A stretch of 64,000 nucleotides of DNA, taken from Trypanosoma brucei. Its lineage: Eukaryota. Made by a program: the position numbers and the translations under genes. Of this stretch, positions 59,261-64,000 are shown piece by piece (within the stretch, counting starts at the first letter, position 1; each line of letters starts with the position of its first letter). A model generated the notes under the pieces. The model was not told the origin of the DNA, did not search any database, and worked only from the letters and a program-made list of their open reading frames with translations. The DNA is taken from positions 128,001 to 192,000 of the forward strand of contig AE017150.2 of the NCBI GenBank assembly GCA_000002445.1, read 5' to 3'.

Positions 59261-62200
59261 GTCCAAAAGCTGCACCAGCCAATACGATATCTTGACAGCT
59301 TGTCATGCAGTCTTGCCTCAAGAAGAAAATAAAACATTCATCACTTGTTTCCTTAATTGATAAATGAGATCCCATGCTGTGTTAACTCACGTCTCCATTC
59401 AAAAAGTTGACTCAACGTTGTGACGAGGCAGTGACCAAAAACAATCCAAATGCAATTCTAAATTTCTTCATATTACGTTTTCAGTTTTCTTACACATTTC
59501 CCCAACCATTCCGAGTACTAACAGGAATAATTTGGTTCTATAATAATGCATGTGTTTTCTACACCTCTTTCATTTTGTTATGATCCGCACAAAAATTATA
59601 TATGTGGTTGTTGATTCGTCCTGTCAATCAAAGTAACAATCATAATAATTAATTTTCCCCTTTTCTTCATTTTTTCTATTAGCACATGTGCACCTTGGTG
59701 AGATCACTTTCACTCATTTGCACTGATTGGTCAACACTATTTAGTTCGTTATTCAACACACTCCCTTACATGTCCTCTTCTCACCATTTATAACCCACAC
59801 GAGCAGCATCAAATATAGATTGTGAAGAGGTATGAGATCACAAGGAGCTCGCTCTCATTGAGAAGGTTGGATGCGTCATATATATATAATCATGTAATCC
59901 CTTTTCATTTCAACAATACGCAAACCTCAACTGCGGAATCGACTTTGAATGTGTTGACCTCGTCAGCATGAAACGGAGTCCGCCCAGTGGCATGAACATT
60001 AATCTTATCAGTAAACATGTGTTTGAGGGTTGGTAATAAATGGGGTCAAATAAAACATAAGTGCGTATCATCTTCCCCGTTATGCCCGAGTGGAAAATAT
60101 ACATCATCTCCTTGAAGATAATTGTATCCATGTTGTATCAATTCCTCATCCAGCTCTTCATCCTTATCGGTACCCAAAGGCATTGCCATCGCCTAACTTT
60201 TCCGTGAATGCACTCACACCTTTGAGCTAACAACTTCCAGCAACTTTCCATCTGTCATACGGATCGGGAATCCATGAGAATTTATGATCATATCTGTGCA
60301 AATGCCTTTACTCATTGAAGGGCATGTTAACACACCATCAGTCATGAGATCCACTACTCCCTCAAGCCAGCGCCGTGAGGAAAACTTATTTCAGACCTCG
60401 GGACCGCGAACTTCTCTCGTAGCAACTTTAACTTTATTGTTCTACATCCATTGATATATCCGAGTCACTGGAAGGTGAGAGATGACTACATTTGGTCCAC
60501 AACAGCAGGCTGAGGGTATTTATATTCAAGAAAATTAGGTCTTGGTTTCATGGACAGCACGGGAGTTCATTTTTTTACCAAAATATCAAACTGACGAATA
60601 ACCGCACCTTTACTACTGGCAATACCATCACTATTAAAAGCATTGCGTCTCGCAACATTTCAATCTGTTGGAAGAATTATATCATACTCACCGTTGGGAA
60701 GTCTTTCCAGTTTCATCTCATGCTTGCAAAAAACAACACAACAACCATAGCCACAATTGAGCGAACTGCGGTTGTGTACACCTTTGAGTCTTCAATATTG
60801 TAACCTCTATAGCTCATAATGCATACCATCGTATTAATTCCTGCACCTAATATTTCGTAGTTGCTTAGGTTCATAGCCTTCGTCCAGCAAAGGGATCGTT
60901 GAGAGTAAGCACTTAACATAAGTACTGTGTCCATTTCTAATGTACTGATTATGCGCAATGGTTCCAACAGCTTTCTTGCTTATGGCTGACTATAATGTGT
61001 TTCGTGCAAATTGATTGTGATGTGTAAAGGAAAATAATGCTAGCGACAACTCCAAGTGAGTCTCGTGTACTACTCAATGTCTCTATGGTGAACTGCTATA
61101 AGATAGTCATTCGCTTCATCATATAAGTCAATGAATTCCACAACAAGCCTTCAGCTAAAATATCGTTAATCGATCACTTGCCTGAACTCAAGTTATCCAG
61201 GTGTTGAGAAATTACGGTGTGTTTCCCATCGCTAACGACAACATACAACCGCACGATCCTTCTGCCAACACAAACAATTTGAACACTCTTCTGACGGTCA
61301 TTTATCGCAATAGAAACGTAAGGATGCAAGCGGCCTGTGTTCCTCAGGGTTCGTAATACATCCCGACACAAACGGCTCATGTATCGATAAACGCACATCA
61401 GCACTTCATTGAGGAAAACTGTGTAGTATTTAAGAAATTCGTTGTGGCTGATATAATCCACTTCCTACACTCCAATATTGTACGCATCCACGTGTAAAAA
61501 AAAACGAATTATCCATGTCGAGTGTTACCTGACTAAGAATAGCAAAATTATTAACCAAACAGCAACAACTTTCACCCTCTGGGGTATCGCAAGGAGGGAC
61601 ATACACCATTCCCCATTGACTTGAATAGAGAAATAAGTTCGCACATGTGGGTCAATACACGAAGTCATGGTCACTCCACTGCTGCCGTTACATATGATCA
61701 CTGCATGGTTTTCGTATCAATGTTGATGATGATGTGGGATTTGCTGCTGGAGGCAACCAGCAACATAAGTTTAAGGTTGCCACGTGTGGAGAGAGGCCCA
61801 ACTGCCAACCCTCAAACAGGATAACAGACGTGATTATAAGTAAAGAGAAGACAACATATCATAGCATGTTTACCCACCGACAAATAATTGAAAAAAGAAA
61901 GAGAGAGAGAGAGGAAAATGGACACAATCAGGTCACCAGCTGCGTGTCTGCGAAGAACACCATCAAGAGCCGCTCCATAACTCTAATCATAACCAACATA
62001 TATAATATAATTATAACAGCTCGTATATGAGACAGCACATCCAGTAACTGCTTCTAATGTTTGCATATTTCACTCCGTCACAATCTCTCTCCCATGACAC
62101 CTACTGGACATACGACTCAGAGGAGTTATAGTTGAGGCATGTTTCCAATACGCCCTCTCCACCAAGGATGGCGAAGAAGCAAAAAGTACTATTACATTTT

Positions 62201-62724
62201 TGTTCCTTTTATCATTGGCCTATAGATTCCTATCTCTACACGGATGTAAAATTTAGATTGTATAAATGAAAAGAAGATGTGAAGAGTTAGCGTAGTATAA
62301 TTCAATCCTTTAGTTGGTAATAGCACAAATGAAAACAAAACGTTATAATGTTTTCTTACGTCCGTCGATAACATTATATCTGTCTTTCTCTGTGCCCCTT
62401 AAGATTACGATGTGGCTTAACTCCAGTTACGCGTTAGCCGATAAAATACTACTTTTACTATTCCTTAGTCGTCTTCATTTCCACTTCCCTTCCCTCACCT
62501 CCGGCACTCAAGTGAATTATCACGTCCCTTTCCTTGCAGCAGCTGCGGAAGCTCATTACTGGTGGACAAACAATACACTTGGAATGGCGCAACGGGGCAC
62601 TTCAAGTTGTGATCATAAACCAAACCAGGTACAAAAACGAACCCGCTCCCCCTAATGGTTGTTTCCCTCCTCTTTAAGCATTTGTCACTCTTAACAGCAA
62701 TGCCGTGCACTGCTAAAAAAAAAA

Positions 62725-64000
62725 TTACGCGTCTTCACCTCCTTCCACGTCGTCCATTGCTACGTCACCTCGCCCCTCCACAACCTCTTCACGAGCGCGC
62801 CGCCTTCCCGCCAGTCCCATCAATGCTGGTGCATCTCGCATGCCAGATTCTCGGCGATATGCCTGAATTAATTCCGCTTGCATCGTTTCCTTGAGTGTCA
62901 CTTGGAATTGGTCGATGGATTCCCAAAATGTTTGCGGTCCCAGAGGACCTCGGCCCTCACCTTGATCTCTATCGGGAGGTCCTCCGCAAAGTTGCCTGTG
63001 GGTTATCGTGCCACCGTTAACCGAATTAATGTATATCATCTCCCAAACCATGTCGCGGGAAAACGCACCCCAATCAGAAAAATATCTTGCCATGTTTTCT
63101 CGGAGCTTCTGCACCTTATCCGTAGTGGTGGGGTGACTGTCCGACTTGGTTACTTGTAAAAGCACAGCTGTATTTGGCGTGGTTGGTGGCGCTGTTCCGT
63201 CACGGTTTCTCCTGAACCGCCCCTCAACGAAAAAAAAGCCATCCACCACGGGTTCATTGCCTGTGGCAGGGAGGTAGAGAACCATGTGTTTACACTTCTC
63301 AATTGGTTGCTGTCTGGCATCTGGTAAGACTTCCCATCCAGTGAGGCACAACTGCTGAGGAGTCATGTCGTTCAGTATGCTTCGCTTCTCTTCCGGTCCA
63401 CCCGGCCTCTGCAGGTATTTTAAGTTTTCTGCGATAACTTTAAAAACTCGAGGGAAAAGAAGCGAAAGCAACGCAAGCCTTTCAAAAGCGTTGGCCCCGA
63501 GACACTCGTCTGATATTGTAATCTGCTTTGAAGTCATCTCCTCAATAAGAATGCCAAATAATGTGCAAATCAACATATTCCAAATGTTGACAGAAAGTGA
63601 TCTGCAACGATATGAATCGACATTGACAATCCCAGAGCTTACCCGCACTATCTTCACCAATTTGTGCGTTACCATATCATTTTGCCAGTACGAAGATTTA
63701 CTAATAACCTTATCGTATTTCTTTCCGTTTTCGCTATCAAACTTTCTAGCTTCTTTACGCACACATTTCAGTCGTTTGTGATAGACAGGGCCTGATAAAA
63801 CAAAACGAGGCAATGGACCAACCATGTCAATGCGCTCTTCCACAATTTTCCACTCGCTTTCAAGCTCCTCCATTAACTGCTGCCTCGTTTTGTCGCGCGG
63901 CGCCTCCTCCGAAAGCACACACAGCTTTTTCCATGCCACAAATGCCTTGATGTCGCGCACATCATCGCAGTTTATAATAATATGGCGGCTTCCCATGTCC
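62725..64000 (-). CDS. RHS protein, C-terminal about 425 codons. The N-terminus lies beyond the window end, and the ORF is open to the edge.
   Basis: ORF 62725..63996 is preceded by an in-frame Asp codon reaching base 64000. Sequence ...HIIINCDDVRDIKAFVAWKKL...THKLVKIVRV...PVVDGFFFVEGR...MVWEMIYINSV... is collinear with the other RHS C-terminal halves. It is closest to pseudogene D. Confidence 0.75.
   Translation of the reverse strand, partial: DMGSRHIIINCDDVRDIKAFVAWKKLCVLSEEAPRDKTRQQLMEELESEWKIVEERIDMVGPLPRFVLSGPVYHKRLKCVRKEARKFDSENGKKYDKVISKSSYWQNDMVTHKLVKIVRVSSGIVNVDSYRCRSLSVNIWNMLICTLFGILIEEMTSKQITISDECLGANAFERLALLSLLFPRVFKVIAENLKYLQRPGGPEEKRSILNDMTPQQLCLTGWEVLPDARQQPIEKCKHMVLYLPATGNEPVVDGFFFVEGRFRRNRDGTAPPTTPNTAVLLQVTKSDSHPTTTDKVQKLRENMARYFSDWGAFSRDMVWEMIYINSVNGGTITHRQLCGGPPDRDQGEGRGPLGPQTFWESIDQFQVTLKETMQAELIQAYRRESGMRDAPALMGLAGRRRAREEVVEGRGDVAMDDVEGGEDA

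Noticed and set aside
1-64000. I looked for a prokaryote-style novel system, such as a defence island, operon with RBSs, or toxin-antitoxin.
   Set aside because: Gene structure, retroelements (poly(A), TSDs), LRRP/RHS/GRESAG4 content and kilobase-scale AT-rich strand-switch regions all indicate a trypanosome nuclear chromosome. No bacterial operon-like organisation is present.

Overview
This window is eukaryotic, not prokaryotic. It looks like a Trypanosoma brucei-group, subtelomere-like repeat region. The organism call rests on four things: ingi/RIME retroelements with the conserved CCCTGGCGATGCCGGCCACCTCAACGTGGTGCC 5' signature; retrotransposon hot spot (RHS) genes; a receptor-type adenylate cyclase (GRESAG4/ESAG4-like) pseudogene; and a giant leucine-rich repeat protein (LRRP) gene.

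Layout:
- 1..711: the 3' end of one LRRP paralog, entering from upstream of the window.
- 720..12.7 kb: a convergent strand-switch region, about 12 kb long, with no intact gene. It holds a plus-strand RHS N-terminal fragment at about 5.5-6.2 kb and a conserved block of unknown nature at 6.2-8.1 kb.
- 12725..16773 (minus): RHS pseudogene A, split at the canonical hot spot by three tandem full-length RIME copies. Each copy is bounded by the same 12-bp target-site duplication, TGTATAACAGTA.
- about 16.8-25.8 kb: an AT-rich divergent strand-switch region.
- 25.76-28.66 kb (plus): a frameshifted, 3'-truncated GRESAG4-type adenylate cyclase pseudogene with a (GT)n microsatellite inside.
- 30854..35038 (plus): a complete LRRP gene of about 1394 codons made of cysteine-containing LRRs.
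- 34.3-50.3 kb: a second, about 92-95% identical copy of the first 16 kb (LRRP 3' end, intergenic region, RHS fragment, unknown block, RHS pseudogene). Here the RHS hot spot carries the 3' end of a 5'-truncated ingi instead of RIMEs. That is a RIME 3' half plus about 1.35 kb of internal sequence that includes a C2H2 zinc-finger ORF. About 230 bp of RHS was lost at the junction.
- 51639..53663, 57097..58844 and 62725..64000+ (all minus): a head-to-tail array of an apparently intact RHS gene, a frameshifted and truncated RHS pseudogene, and a third RHS running off the window. Two of them share a conserved 5' flank of about 420 bp.

I find no evidence of a prokaryotic-style defence or other operon-like novel system. 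The interesting content is retroelement and hot-spot biology, segmental duplication, and pseudogene structure. Coordinates of degenerate elements are approximate.
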